DNA of 64,000 nt. It comes from a bacterium. Its GTDB lineage: Bacteria > UBA8248. The stretch lies in contig OZ241326.1 of the NCBI GenBank assembly GCA_965199855.1, positions 1,760,001 through 1,824,000 of the forward strand, in the 5' to 3' direction. Positions 20,039 to 29,735 of the stretch are shown piece by piece; position 1 is the stretch's first letter, and each line of letters starts with the position of its first letter. The notes under the pieces are model-generated. The model was not told the origin of the DNA. It did not search any database and saw only the letters and a list, made by a program, of their open reading frames with translations. The position numbers and the translations under genes are program-made.

Positions 20039-20701
20039 CTATTCCTCCCCCTCCTGGAAGGCGATGCGCTCGCCGGGAGGCTCCACCACGAGGTGAAGCG
20101 CCTCGGCGACGCGCCCGGTGAGGTTCCACAGTCCGCAGATGAGGGTGAGGGAGACGAGCTGCTCGGTTCCGAAGTGCCGCTTCATGGCGGCGAACGCCGC
20201 CTCGTCCTCCCTGGCGGTGAGGTTCGTCACCGCCTCCGCCCAGCCGATGACGGCCTTCTCCTTCTCGGTGAAAAGGGCGCTCTCGCGCCAGCCGCCGCCC
20301 GCGAGCAGATCGATCTGCTCGTCCGTGACGCCCTGAGCCCGACCGAGCTCGACGTTGTGCCCCAGTCAGTTGTTGCACTCCGTGAGAATCGCCGTCTTGA
20401 TGATGACGAGCTGCGCCATGCGCACGTATTCGGGGTCGCTCTCCCGGTGGGCGACGCGCAGCCTGCCGTCCATGATCTGCCAGCCCTCCACGAAGCCGGG
20501 CGCCCAGCCGAGCAGCCGCAGAAAGCGCGAGACGCGGCCCCAGCGCCGCTTGCCGCGCGCGTAGAGGGGCGCGAGCTCGGCGGCGAGGTGCGCGGGTATG
20601 TTCTCGGGGTCGATCAGGGGAACGCGGGGCAGGGGGCAGGCCATCATCTCCGGCGTGACGCCCATCTCCCGCGCGAGGCCCGTGGCTTCGTCTATCGGCA
20701 T
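20039..20701 (-). CDS. AhpD/carboxymuconolactone decarboxylase-like protein with in-frame UGA (putative CxxU selenoprotein)
   Basis: ORFs 20366-20806 and 20039-20230 are one frame split by TGA at 20366-20368: ECNN-U-LGHN...GVTDEQIDLL...FTEKEKAVIGWAEAVT; GAAGGAG RBS before ATG 20701. Confidence 0.85.
20335..20350 (-). promoter_or_regulatory. Putative bacterial SECIS hairpin
   Basis: GAGCUC-GGUC-GGGCUC stem-loop starting 15 nt after the UGA, with G at the start of the apical loop. Confidence 0.6.
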
Positions 20702-20880
20702 GGCGAGCGCTCCTTCTTCTCCGGCGCGAACGGGGACGAAAGGGTCGGTTCCGCGCATTCTCCCGCAGGACGGGACGCGGGACAAGGGCATCCCCCCGCG
20801 TTCCATATATTCCCGCCCCAGGCTATCATGTCAGGCGCGCGGCCGCGGTTTCACGGGGAAAGCCGGAGGAAGGGGAGGGG

Positions 20881-21360
20881 ATGACGCAGTTCGTCGCCGC
20901 CGAGACGGAAGAGGACTACGAGGAGGCGCGCGTCCTCCTGCGCGAATACAGGGACGGGCTGGGGGAGGCGCTGTGCTTTCACCGCTTCGAGGCGCACCTG
21001 CGGGAGCTGGAGCGGATTTACGCCCCGCCGGGCGGCGCGTTCTTCCTGCTTCGGGAGGAGGGGCGCGCGGCGGGCTGCGCGGGGCTGAGAGACCTGGGCG
21101 CGTGCGCGTGCGAGCTCAAGCGCCTCTACGTGCGCCCGGAGTTCCGCGGGCGCGGCCTCGGGAGAAGGTGCGTGGAGGAGGTCGCGCGCGCGGCGCGCGG
21201 GATGGGCCACGACGCCCTGCGGCTCGTCACCGTCGACATTATGCGCGAGGCCATCGCCCTCTACCGCTCGATGGGCTTCATGGAGATTCCCCCCTACGGG
21301 GAGGATCCCTTCGAGGAAGGCATCTACATGGAGCTCCGGCTGGACGGCGCGCGGGAGTGA
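20881..21360 (+). CDS. GNAT family N-acetyltransferase
   Basis: CELKRLYVRPEFRGRGLG, AIALYRSMGF. Confidence 0.92.
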   Translation: MTQFVAAETEEDYEEARVLLREYRDGLGEALCFHRFEAHLRELERIYAPPGGAFFLLREEGRAAGCAGLRDLGACACELKRLYVRPEFRGRGLGRRCVEEVARAARGMGHDALRLVTVDIMREAIALYRSMGFMEIPPYGEDPFEEGIYMELRLDGARE

Positions 21361-21437
21361 GGCCGCCTCTCCCCGGGGGGAGTGGAGAAACGGGCGCATT
21401 CACCGGAGTCGCGCGGCTTCCCCCTCCGCCGCCCTGA

Positions 21438-21848
21438 CTACGCGCCGAGAGCCTTCGCGGCCTTTCGCTGATCCTTCGGCTTCACCCACAGGATGGCGCC
21501 GAAGCGTCCCTTGCCCGCCGCGATCGCCGTGATGGCCGTCACGTTCACGCCGGCGGCGGCCGTCTTCTCGAGAATCTCCGCGATCGCGCCCACGCGATCC
21601 GCCCCCTCGATGAGGAAGGCCCTCTTCCGGGGGCTGAGCTTGAGCTTCGCCTTGCGCGCGGCGGCGGTGAAGGCGCGGGCGTTCTCGGGCACGAGGTCGA
21701 TCTGCGCCCTGCGTCCGCTGGGGAAGGCGTGGGCGGCGAGCAGGTTCACCCCGGCGTCCCGGAAGACGGAGAGGACGGCGGCGCCCTGTCCCGGCCTGTC
21801 GGAAGTCGTGACGTAGTAGTAGTTCACCTCGCGGACTGTATCGGCCAT
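21438..21848 (-). CDS. ACT-domain protein (tandem ACT)
   Basis: DRPG...L.....GVNL and DRVGAIAEIL...AAGVNV. Confidence 0.8.
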   Translation of the reverse strand: MADTVREVNYYYVTTSDRPGQGAAVLSVFRDAGVNLLAAHAFPSGRRAQIDLVPENARAFTAAARKAKLKLSPRKRAFLIEGADRVGAIAEILEKTAAAGVNVTAITAIAAGKGRFGAILWVKPKDQRKAAKALGA

Positions 21849-22024
21849 CTGGCTTCGCCTCCTGGTTTGCGTCCCCGCTCCGCGCGGGGCGCGCGTGAAG
21901 ATTCCCCGAAATCCCCGGGCGCGCCCGAATCGCGGCGGGCGCGCGCGTCTGGTCTGGAGCGCGGCGGATTATACGACGGGAGGCGCGGCGGGGGAAGCGC
22001 CGCCGGGGGGAACCCCCGGCCCTA

Positions 22025-22225
22025 ATTCGCGGCGTCAATCCCGACAAGGCGGAGGGATTGCGGAACCTAGGGTTTGATTGTCTTTCCGTCAAAACGGGTG
22101 GCCACAGGGGGCCGCCCCTACGGAAACATAACCCCCGCCCCCGCCGATCTATGGGCGGGACGCATATATGCGTCCCCTACGAAACCGTTGCCGCCTCGCC
22201 CGTAGGGGCGCGAATTCCCGCCCCA
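22025..22225. repeat. REP mosaic upstream of autotransporter
   Basis: Long GGAATCC-type repeat followed by GTAG/CTAC-ended palindromes (e.g. GGGACGCATATATGCGTCCCCTAC); spacers shared with 27215-27290. Confidence 0.75.
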
Positions 22226-22327
22226 CCTTGCCCGCCGTTCACGCTTTCGTATAGAATGGCGCTCACGCATTTTCGAAGCAAGTCGGGACGCATCCGCGGA
22301 AGCGGAAAACAAGGGGAGAAAAACGCG

Positions 22328-25300
22328 ATGCCGTTTGCTTTCGCCGCGAGCTTGCGGCATACTGCGCCCGACTCACCGACTCACCGACTCACCGACTCAC
22401 CGACTCACCGACTCACCGACTCACCGACTCACCGACTCACCGACTCACCGACTCACCGACTCACCGACTCACCGACTCACCGACTCACCGACTCACCGAC
22501 TCACCGACTCACCGACTCACCGACTCATAGAAACGGCCGCGAAGGGCGTGGCGTGATAGCGCGGGCGCGGGCGGCCGCGCTCGCCATCGTCCTGGGGCCG
22601 GCTCTCGTCCTGCTCGGCGCGGGAGAGGCGGCGGCGCAAAGCGGCGTGTGCAGCAGCGCGCCCGCCGCGGGCCAGAGAATCGACTGCCGTGAAGGTGGCG
22701 GCAGCGCGGACGACATTCGCATCGACGCGATGAATCTCGCCATCCCGGCGACGACCTCACACGCGATTTACGCGCGGCATCAGGGCTCGGGCGGTATCGA
22801 CATCGACGTGTCGGGCGGCTCCCTCACGACCACGGGCGAGCGGGACTACGCCGTCATCGGCTGGGACTCGGGCGCGAGCGGCGACGTCGACATCAGCCTG
22901 AAAGACGTCATCGCCAGGACGAGCAACGCCGACTCCCACGCCGTGATCGGCTATCGCCAGGGCGGGGCGGGCGACGTCCGGATCGACGTTCAAGGCGGCT
23001 CCATCACGACGGAGGGCAGCGGGGCAGGCTCCCATGCCGTCGTCGTCTGGCAGACGGGCTCCGGCGACATTGATATCGACGTGAAGGACGCCGCCATCGA
23101 AACGCAAGGCTTCAACTCGAACGGCGTCTTCGGCTATCGCACGGGCGGTGGGTCGGGGAACATCAACATCGACGTTCGGGGCGGCTCCGTCACGTCGAAA
23201 GGCCTCGGCCTCTACGGCGTCCACGCCTGGGCTCGCAACTCCGACGGTACCGGAGATATCGAGATGATCGTGGCGGGCGCCGTCGTGACGATGGAAAGAC
23301 GACTCGCCAGCGCCATCTTCGCGGAAAACGCGGGGACGGGCGACCTCGTCGTCAAGGTGTCGGACGGCGCGGTCGCCAGGGCGGATGGAGAGAGGAGCAT
23401 TGGCGTCCGCGCGGTTCACGGCGGGAACGGCGGCATCATCCTTGATCTATCGGGCGAAACCGTCATCGCGGTGGAAGGCGGGGACAGCGCCGGCGTCCAG
23501 GCCTATCACACCGCGACCAGGGCCGTCGCCAACGAAAACACCACCATTGACATGACGATCGGCGCGGGCGCGCGGATCAGCGCGCCGTTCGCCAGCGGCG
23601 TCCAGGGGCGGCTGGGCGGCTCGAACACGGCGGGCGTCGCCATCTCGCACGCGGGCTCCATCCGGGCGCGGGACACGGGCATTCTCGCCTGGGCCTCGCT
23701 CTCCAGCGGCATCGAAATCCTGCGGCTGGCGGACCACGAGGGCATGAGAGAACCGATGATCCACGTCGTCTCGGGCGGAGACATCACGGTGGGCGCGGGC
23801 GTGATGGACGCCTATGTCCGCGAGTTCGCGGCGGGCGCCGACGAGGCGCTCTCGGCAGGCGAGCGGGCCGTCCTCGGCGCCATCGAGGCGGAGGATTCGG
23901 ACGCGCTGGAAGCGGCGCTTGCGGCGCTTCCCGGCACCTATGCGGACGCCTGGAAGGCCCGCGCGCGAGGTTTTCTGAGCGCGCGCGACCTGAGCATGAC
24001 GGATCAATCGCAGGCGGTAACGATAACGGCCGAAGAAAGAGAGGCGGATCGGGCGACGTTCGAGATTCTGGGGATTCCCCGGGCGGGCATCCGCGCCATG
24101 GCGATAGACCACGAGAGGATCTCCGGCTACATCCGGATATCCGACCAGGACCCGGCGATTCTGGCCATTGACGCGGCGTCCCGCACGCCGGAGCAGCGGG
24201 CGACACTGCAGGAGCAGCGGGCGCTCTCGGCCGCCGAGCGGAAGGTTCTGGAAGCCTCCTTGCTGGGCGGCGACCTGGAAGCGGCGCTCGAGGCGCTTTC
24301 AGCGGACTATACGGAAGCCGAGAAACGCGGGATCCGGCTGCGCGCGACGTACTACAACGAGGGCGACATCCGCGTGGACGTGACCGGCGGAACAATCCTC
24401 TCCGAGGGCGACGGCGTTCACGCGCGCTACATCCTGCCGAATGACAGGAACGGCGCCATCACGGTGACCGTAGCCAAGGGAGCCAGCGTATCGGGCGGGC
24501 GGAACGGCATCTACGTCGGGAGCGCGGGTCTCGTTGAGGGGAGCGACTCTCTCCGCGACCAGAGCGTTACCGTGAACGGGCGGGTTTCGGGCGGAACGGG
24601 CGCGGGCGTCTATATGAAGGGCGGCGGCCGGCTGACCGTGGGCGCTACGGGCGTGGTGGGCGCGGAATCGGGCGTGGGCGTTTTGTCGGACGGGTCGGGG
24701 GATTTGACGGCGACCGTGGCCGGGCGGATCGAGGGCGACGTCCGCAACGCGGGGGGCGCGCTCATGCTGACGACGACGGCGGGGAGCGTGATCACGGGAA
24801 CCGTCCACGATCCCGTCGGCCCGGTGATGGTTCCGGGGAGCGTCGGGCGGATTTTGCTGGCGGAAGGCGGGGAGGTGACGGTTCCCGCCGCGGGTCGGCT
24901 CACGGGCGTGGACGGAGAGGCGCTCCGGAGCGAGGCGGGCGACCTGCGCGTCTCCATAGCCGGGAGGATCAAGGGCGACGTCCGGAGCCTGGGCGGCGAC
25001 CTCACGGCGACGATATCCGGGACGGTTGAAGGCGACGTGGAGGGTCTGGGGGCGGGCGATCACGCGGTCACGGTCTCCTCGGGCGGCGTGGTGACGGGGG
25101 AGATTCATCTGGCGGCGAGCGCCGTGACGGTGGACGGAACCGTGGGCAGCGTTCGCTTCGACGGCGGCGGAACCCTCACGGTGGGCCCGACGGGCCGGAT
25201 TCTCTCGCGGGCGGGGGCGGCGGTCAGCAACGCGGAGGGCGACCTGGGCGTGACGATTCACGTAGCCTCCGGCGAGCGGCCGGATCAGGCGGCCGCGCGG

Positions 25301-26350
25301 GTTCAGGGGAGAATCGAGGGCGCGGCGGACGGCGAGACGACCGTGACGCTGGTCGGGGCGAGCGGGCGCGCCGTCCGTCCGGGCGCGATCGGCTCGCGGG
25401 AGGCGGCGCCCTCGGGCGCCTACGACGTGGGCGTGTCGGCGTCCGCGGGGGGCGGCGTCTCCGTCGTGAGCGTCTTCGCTCCCCGCGCGCGGGTCTATGA
25501 GGCGCTGCCCTCCGTTCTGCTGGGCATGAGCGGCCTTCTCTCGCATGAGGAGCGCATGGCGTCGCCCCGCTCGTCAAGGGGCGTCTGGGCGCGCGTGGAG
25601 GGCGCGAGCGGCGACTGGAAGGCGGACGCCTCGACCAGCGGGGGCGTGGAATACGAAGCGAGACGCTACGGCGTCCGCGTAGGCGTGGACGCCTCTCTCG
25701 GCGCGAACGCCCTGCTCGGCTTCTCCGCCCATCACGGGCGCGGCTCGGCGGATGTTGCGGACGGCGGGGATATAGAGGTTTCCGGGAACGGTCTGGGCGT
25801 CTCCGCGTCCTACATGTTCGGCGGGGGCCTCTATCTGGACGGGCAGGTCGAGGCGACCTGGCATGAGGCGGATCTGGAATCCGACCTGCGCGGCAAGCTG
25901 AAAACCGGCGTCTCCGGCTTCGGCTGGGCGGCGGGCGTCGAGCTGGGTCGCCGGGTGGAATCGGCGGGGCTCCTCTTCACGCCGAGCGCGCGTCTGACGC
26001 GGGCTTCCGTTTCGATGGACAAGTTCACGGACGCGGTGGGCTCCGCCGTCTCGCTCGAGGACGGCGACCGCTTCACGGGCGGGGTGGGGATGCGCGTGGA
26101 GAAGGAGACGGGCGCGGGGCGTCTGTTCGTCGCGGTCGGCTTCGAGCATGACTTCTCGGCGAAGACGAGCGTGGAGGTCTCGGACGTCCGGCTCGAATCC
26201 GAAGGCGAGCCCTCGAGGCTTCGCCTGCGCGCGGGCGGCGTCCGCGCCTGGAGCGACGGCGAATACGCCGTTCGCGGCTCCGTGGACTACGCGACCTCCG
26301 GCGACGGCCACGAGCTCGGCGGAAGCCTGAGCCTCCAGGTGCGGTTCTAG
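22328..26350 (+). CDS. Autotransporter (type Va) with beta-helix-like passenger
   Basis: Signal-like ALAIVLGPALVLLGAGEAAAQ; Gly/Ile/Asp-rich repeats; RARVYEALP linker; beta-barrel ending ...LSLQVRF. Confidence 0.9.
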   Translation: MPFAFAASLRHTAPDSPTHRLTDSPTHRLTDSPTHRLTDSPTHRLTDSPTHRLTDSPTHRLTDSPTHRNGREGRGVIARARAAALAIVLGPALVLLGAGEAAAQSGVCSSAPAAGQRIDCREGGGSADDIRIDAMNLAIPATTSHAIYARHQGSGGIDIDVSGGSLTTTGERDYAVIGWDSGASGDVDISLKDVIARTSNADSHAVIGYRQGGAGDVRIDVQGGSITTEGSGAGSHAVVVWQTGSGDIDIDVKDAAIETQGFNSNGVFGYRTGGGSGNINIDVRGGSVTSKGLGLYGVHAWARNSDGTGDIEMIVAGAVVTMERRLASAIFAENAGTGDLVVKVSDGAVARADGERSIGVRAVHGGNGGIILDLSGETVIAVEGGDSAGVQAYHTATRAVANENTTIDMTIGAGARISAPFASGVQGRLGGSNTAGVAISHAGSIRARDTGILAWASLSSGIEILRLADHEGMREPMIHVVSGGDITVGAGVMDAYVREFAAGADEALSAGERAVLGAIEAEDSDALEAALAALPGTYADAWKARARGFLSARDLSMTDQSQAVTITAEEREADRATFEILGIPRAGIRAMAIDHERISGYIRISDQDPAILAIDAASRTPEQRATLQEQRALSAAERKVLEASLLGGDLEAALEALSADYTEAEKRGIRLRATYYNEGDIRVDVTGGTILSEGDGVHARYILPNDRNGAITVTVAKGASVSGGRNGIYVGSAGLVEGSDSLRDQSVTVNGRVSGGTGAGVYMKGGGRLTVGATGVVGAESGVGVLSDGSGDLTATVAGRIEGDVRNAGGALMLTTTAGSVITGTVHDPVGPVMVPGSVGRILLAEGGEVTVPAAGRLTGVDGEALRSEAGDLRVSIAGRIKGDVRSLGGDLTATISGTVEGDVEGLGAGDHAVTVSSGGVVTGEIHLAASAVTVDGTVGSVRFDGGGTLTVGPTGRILSRAGAAVSNAEGDLGVTIHVASGERPDQAAARVQGRIEGAADGETTVTLVGASGRAVRPGAIGSREAAPSGAYDVGVSASAGGGVSVVSVFAPRARVYEALPSVLLGMSGLLSHEERMASPRSSRGVWARVEGASGDWKADASTSGGVEYEARRYGVRVGVDASLGANALLGFSAHHGRGSADVADGGDIEVSGNGLGVSASYMFGGGLYLDGQVEATWHEADLESDLRGKLKTGVSGFGWAAGVELGRRVESAGLLFTPSARLTRASVSMDKFTDAVGSAVSLEDGDRFTGGVGMRVEKETGAGRLFVAVGFEHDFSAKTSVEVSDVRLESEGEPSRLRLRAGGVRAWSDGEYAVRGSVDYATSGDGHELGGSLSLQVRF
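22368..22527 (+). repeat. Simple sequence repeat (CCGACTCA) x20
   Basis: 20 perfect 8-bp units in the 5' coding region, translated as TDSPTHRL repeats. Confidence 0.97.
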
Positions 26351-26439
26351 GAGGCGGGCGAACGCCTGACGGATTCACCACCGGGCGCGGGGATCCACCG
26401 ACGATCCCCGCGCCCGGTTTTCGTTTTGCGGGGTGAATC

Positions 26440-27545
26440 CGTTGGATCCGTAGGGGCGGTTCGAAAACCGCCCGCCCGCATCAACGTGAACGGCGCGGGA
26501 CGCATGAATGCGTCCCCTACAAAACCAGAACCGCCCGTAGGGGCCGCGAATTCGCGCCCCGTTCGCGGGCCCGGCGATGACGCCGCGCGCGGCGATTTGG
26601 CCCCTCCGTGGGGGGACACAACCCCCCGTGGTTGTCCGCCCCGTATCCTCATTCCGCCGGGGCCCAAGAATCCCGTAGAGGTCGTTCGGGAACGCCCCGC
26701 CGCCGCCAACCGAACGGACAATCGCCGGGTTGTCGGCCCATGCCGTCAAAACGGGCGGCTCGCGAACCGCCCCTACGAAACCATGAACCCGCGCATGGAT
26801 TGGCCGGGAACGCCCGTTCGCCGCCGCGCCCCCGGTTCCGGATTCCGGCCTTCGCCGGAATGACGGGTTTTGCGGCGGCGCGCGCCGGAGGGGAAACCCT
26901 CGCCGCCGTCTCGATGTTGTTCCCTACCAGATCGAAAGGACGCCGGGGTTGGCCTTGCGCCGTTATTCGCGGCGTCAATTCCGACAAGGCGGAGGGATTG
27001 CGGAATCCGGGGTTTTGATTTTGACAAAGGACGACCCCCGCGGCCGCCCTTCGCGCATTTCGATTGCAGGGGTGGTTCGGGAACCGCCCGCCCCGCAAAC
27101 GGGAACGGCGCGGGACGCATGAATGGAAACGCTCTCGCGTTTCACCTACAATCGAATCACGCCATCCGGCCCGTAGGGGGCATCCCCGGCCGTCATTCCG
27201 GCGAAGGCCGGAATCCAGGGTTTTGATTGCCTTCCCTTCAAAACGGGCGGTTCACGAACCGCCCCTACGAAACCGTTGCCGCCCCCGCCCGGTCGCCGCG
27301 CGCATTTGCCCGCATTTGCGCCTGCGCGGGGAGCGCGGCCTCGTGGCAGGATTCCTTCGCGTCGGGCGAGACGGCGCGGAGCGGAGCGCGTCAGGTTTTC
27401 CGCCGGGCGAGAAGGGGGGTGATAATGACGATGAAGAGCGAAACGTCCTTCGCCGCGTATCTGAGGGGTTGGTCTTTCGCCGTCATTCCGGCGGAAGCCG
27501 GAATCCAGGGCTGGATCGTCTCCCCGCATCGGGTAGGGCGCCGCC
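26440..27545. repeat. ~1.1-kb non-coding mosaic of two REP families
   Basis: GTAG-type palindromes at ~26450, 26497, 26537, 26752, 27068, 27244; GTCATTCCGGCG..GCCGGAATCC type at ~26840, 26962, 27191, 27481. Confidence 0.85.
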
Positions 27546-27567
27546 TTTGCGGGTTCAGATGAATTCT

Positions 27568-27631
27568 TGCAAATTCACGGCCTTTTCAGACAAATTCACC
27601 CCCTTTTTCGCACGAATTCACCTCCTTTTCA
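27568..27631. repeat. 21-22-bp period tandem repeat (CAAATTCAC core) x3
   Basis: Cores at 27570, 27591, 27613; reverse-complement relative of the array at 45714-45797. Confidence 0.7.
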
Positions 27632-27768
27632 GGGGGTAAAGAGACCTGAGAAAAATCAGAAACTACTTTATGTAATTTCTTTAACCGTATGAAAAAAATG
27701 CGATTTATGATTTCTGAAACTTTCAGACCCGCCGGATCATCGGGGTTTGCGGGGTTTCGGCGTTTTTT

Positions 27769-28983
27769 TTACGCCGGCATCACCTTCGGGTGCTCCAGCA
27801 TGTTCCTGAGCGTGGCGAGGAACTCGGCCGCCGGCGCGCCGTCGACCACGCGGTGGTCGGCGTTTATGCCGAGGTAGGCCGTCGTCCGGACGACGACCTC
27901 GCCCTCCCGCGCCACGGCGCGCTCGCGCGCCGCCCCCACCGAGAGGATGGCGGATTCGGGGCGGTTGATGACGGCGCTGAAGTGATCCACCCCGTAGGTG
28001 CCCAGGTTCGAGATGGTGAAGGTGCCGCCCTCCAGGGCGTCCAGCGCAAGCGTTCCCGCGCGGGCGGCCTCGGCGAGCGCCCGCGCCTCGCGCGAGATGG
28101 CGTCGATGGACTTGCGGTCGGCGTCCCGGATGACGGGAACCATCAGCCCCTCGCCGACGGCGACGGCCACGCCCAGGTTCACGTCGCGCATCCGCTCGAG
28201 GACGTCTCCGTTCAGGCGGACGTTCACGGCGGGGCAGCGGCGGACGGCGCGCGCGGCGTAGAAGACGACGAGGTCGTTGAGGGACACCCTGACGCCCAGA
28301 TCGCTCTCCCACGCCTGGCGGCTGGCCTCGCGCACGGCGAGGAGGTTCGTGAGGTCCACCTCGGCCTGCAGGGTGACGCGCGGCGTCTGCGACCAGCTGG
28401 CGAGCATCCGCTCGGCGATGATTTTCCGCATCCCGGCCAGAGGCGCGGCGGCCTCTACGGCGGCCGGGCCGCTCGCAGCGGCGGGGACGCCCGACGCGGC
28501 GGCCGCGCGCACGTCGGCCTGCACGATTCTGCCGCCGGGGCCCGAGCCTTTGAGGACGCGGAAATCCACCCCCAGCTCCCGCGCCACGCGCCTTGCGGCC
28601 GGGCTGGCGAAAACGCGGCCGGCGGGCGCGGGCCGGGCTGCTTCGGACGCCGCCGGAGCTTCCACCACGGGCGCCGCCGTCTCGGGGGGAGGCTCGGCCG
28701 CCTCGGCCCTCGCCGCGCCGTTGCCGAAGCCGCTCACGTCCTCTCCCTCCTCGCCGATGACGGCGACGTCCACCCCGCAGGGGACGACGTCGCCTTCTCC
28801 CGCCAGCGTTTTGAGCAGAAGCCCGCCGGCCGGCGATTCGACCTCGTATTCCACCTTGTCGGTCTGGATGTCGAGGATGATCTCGCCCTTTTCGACCGCC
28901 TCGCCCTCGTCCTTGCGCCATTTGAGGATGGCGCCTTCTTCCATGGTGAGGCCGAGCTTGGGCATCGGGAGAGGGGTGGCCAT
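27769..28983 (-). CDS. Dihydrolipoamide acyltransferase (E2) of a 2-oxoacid dehydrogenase
   Basis: Lipoyl domain IQTDKV, ASPAARRVA E3-binding domain, GTFTISNLG, DHRVVDG. Confidence 0.95.
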   Translation of the reverse strand: MATPLPMPKLGLTMEEGAILKWRKDEGEAVEKGEIILDIQTDKVEYEVESPAGGLLLKTLAGEGDVVPCGVDVAVIGEEGEDVSGFGNGAARAEAAEPPPETAAPVVEAPAASEAARPAPAGRVFASPAARRVARELGVDFRVLKGSGPGGRIVQADVRAAAASGVPAAASGPAAVEAAAPLAGMRKIIAERMLASWSQTPRVTLQAEVDLTNLLAVREASRQAWESDLGVRVSLNDLVVFYAARAVRRCPAVNVRLNGDVLERMRDVNLGVAVAVGEGLMVPVIRDADRKSIDAISREARALAEAARAGTLALDALEGGTFTISNLGTYGVDHFSAVINRPESAILSVGAARERAVAREGEVVVRTTAYLGINADHRVVDGAPAAEFLATLRNMLEHPKVMPA

Positions 28984-29166
28984 GAATCTCGGCTCCTGGC
29001 TGTTTGGGCGCGTTCGGACGCCGCGCGCTCATCCGCTCGATTCGCGGAATCTAGCACGCGCCCCGCCTTCGGGCAAGAATGAGCCCGCGCCTCGCGGGGA
29101 GAAGATATCGCGCTTGCGCTTTGCGCGAATCGTGGGCTAGAGTATCCTTGATTCCGGTTGATCTGG

Positions 29167-29197
29167 AAGTGGGTCAATTGATGGCCCATTTTTTATT
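29167..29197 (+). promoter_or_regulatory. rimP leader hairpin/attenuator
   Basis: AAGTGGGTC-loop-GGCCCATTT followed by a T-tract just upstream of rimP. Confidence 0.6.
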
Positions 29198-29218
29198 GGG
29201 CTTCGTTCGGGGGTTTTC

Positions 29219-29731
29219 GTGCGCATCGACGTCGACGGCGAGATATGGACGCGCGCCCGGGAGGCGGCTTCCGGCCTCGGGTATGAGCTGCTCGACCTCG
29301 AACTGACCGGAAGCCGGAGCCGGCGGACGCTCCGCGCGTATATCGAAAAGCCGGGGGGCGTTTCTCTCGCCGACTGCGCGGCCGTGAGCAGAGAACTCGG
29401 GGAGCGCCTTGAGGACGTCATCGAAAGTTCGTATCTCCTGGAAGTATCGAGCCCCGGCCTCGAAAGGCCCCTGCGGAGAACGCGGGATTTCGAGCGTTGC
29501 CTTGGGCGTCAGGTGAAGATGCGCCTGAGGGGTGGGCTGAAAGGGGAGAGGAAAGTTTCGGGGAAGATAGTCGGCGTTGAGGAAAATATCGTCCGTCTGC
29601 TTTCCGGAGACGGGGCGGAGGCTTCGTTTTCACTGGCGGATATCGCGAAAGCGAACCTGGAAGTGGACTGGGAAGCGGAATTTCAGGGACGAGGGGGCGA
29701 AGAGGCGCCTCGCGCCATCATGGAGGAGTAG
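29219..29731 (+). CDS. rimP: Ribosome maturation factor RimP
   Basis: LRAYIEKPGGVSLADC, YLLEVSSPGLERPL; first gene of the nusA operon. Confidence 0.95.
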   Translation: MRIDVDGEIWTRAREAASGLGYELLDLELTGSRSRRTLRAYIEKPGGVSLADCAAVSRELGERLEDVIESSYLLEVSSPGLERPLRRTRDFERCLGRQVKMRLRGGLKGERKVSGKIVGVEENIVRLLSGDGAEASFSLADIAKANLEVDWEAEFQGRGGEEAPRAIMEE

Positions 29732-29735
29732 GTTC

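Noticed and set aside
22368-22527. Possible CRISPR array
   Set aside because: Pure 8-bp tandem repeat with no spacers; no cas genes in the window
26440-27545. REP mosaic as a CRISPR array or integron attC array
   Set aside because: Repeats vary in sequence, orientation and spacing; no cas or integron-integrase gene and no cassette ORFs between them
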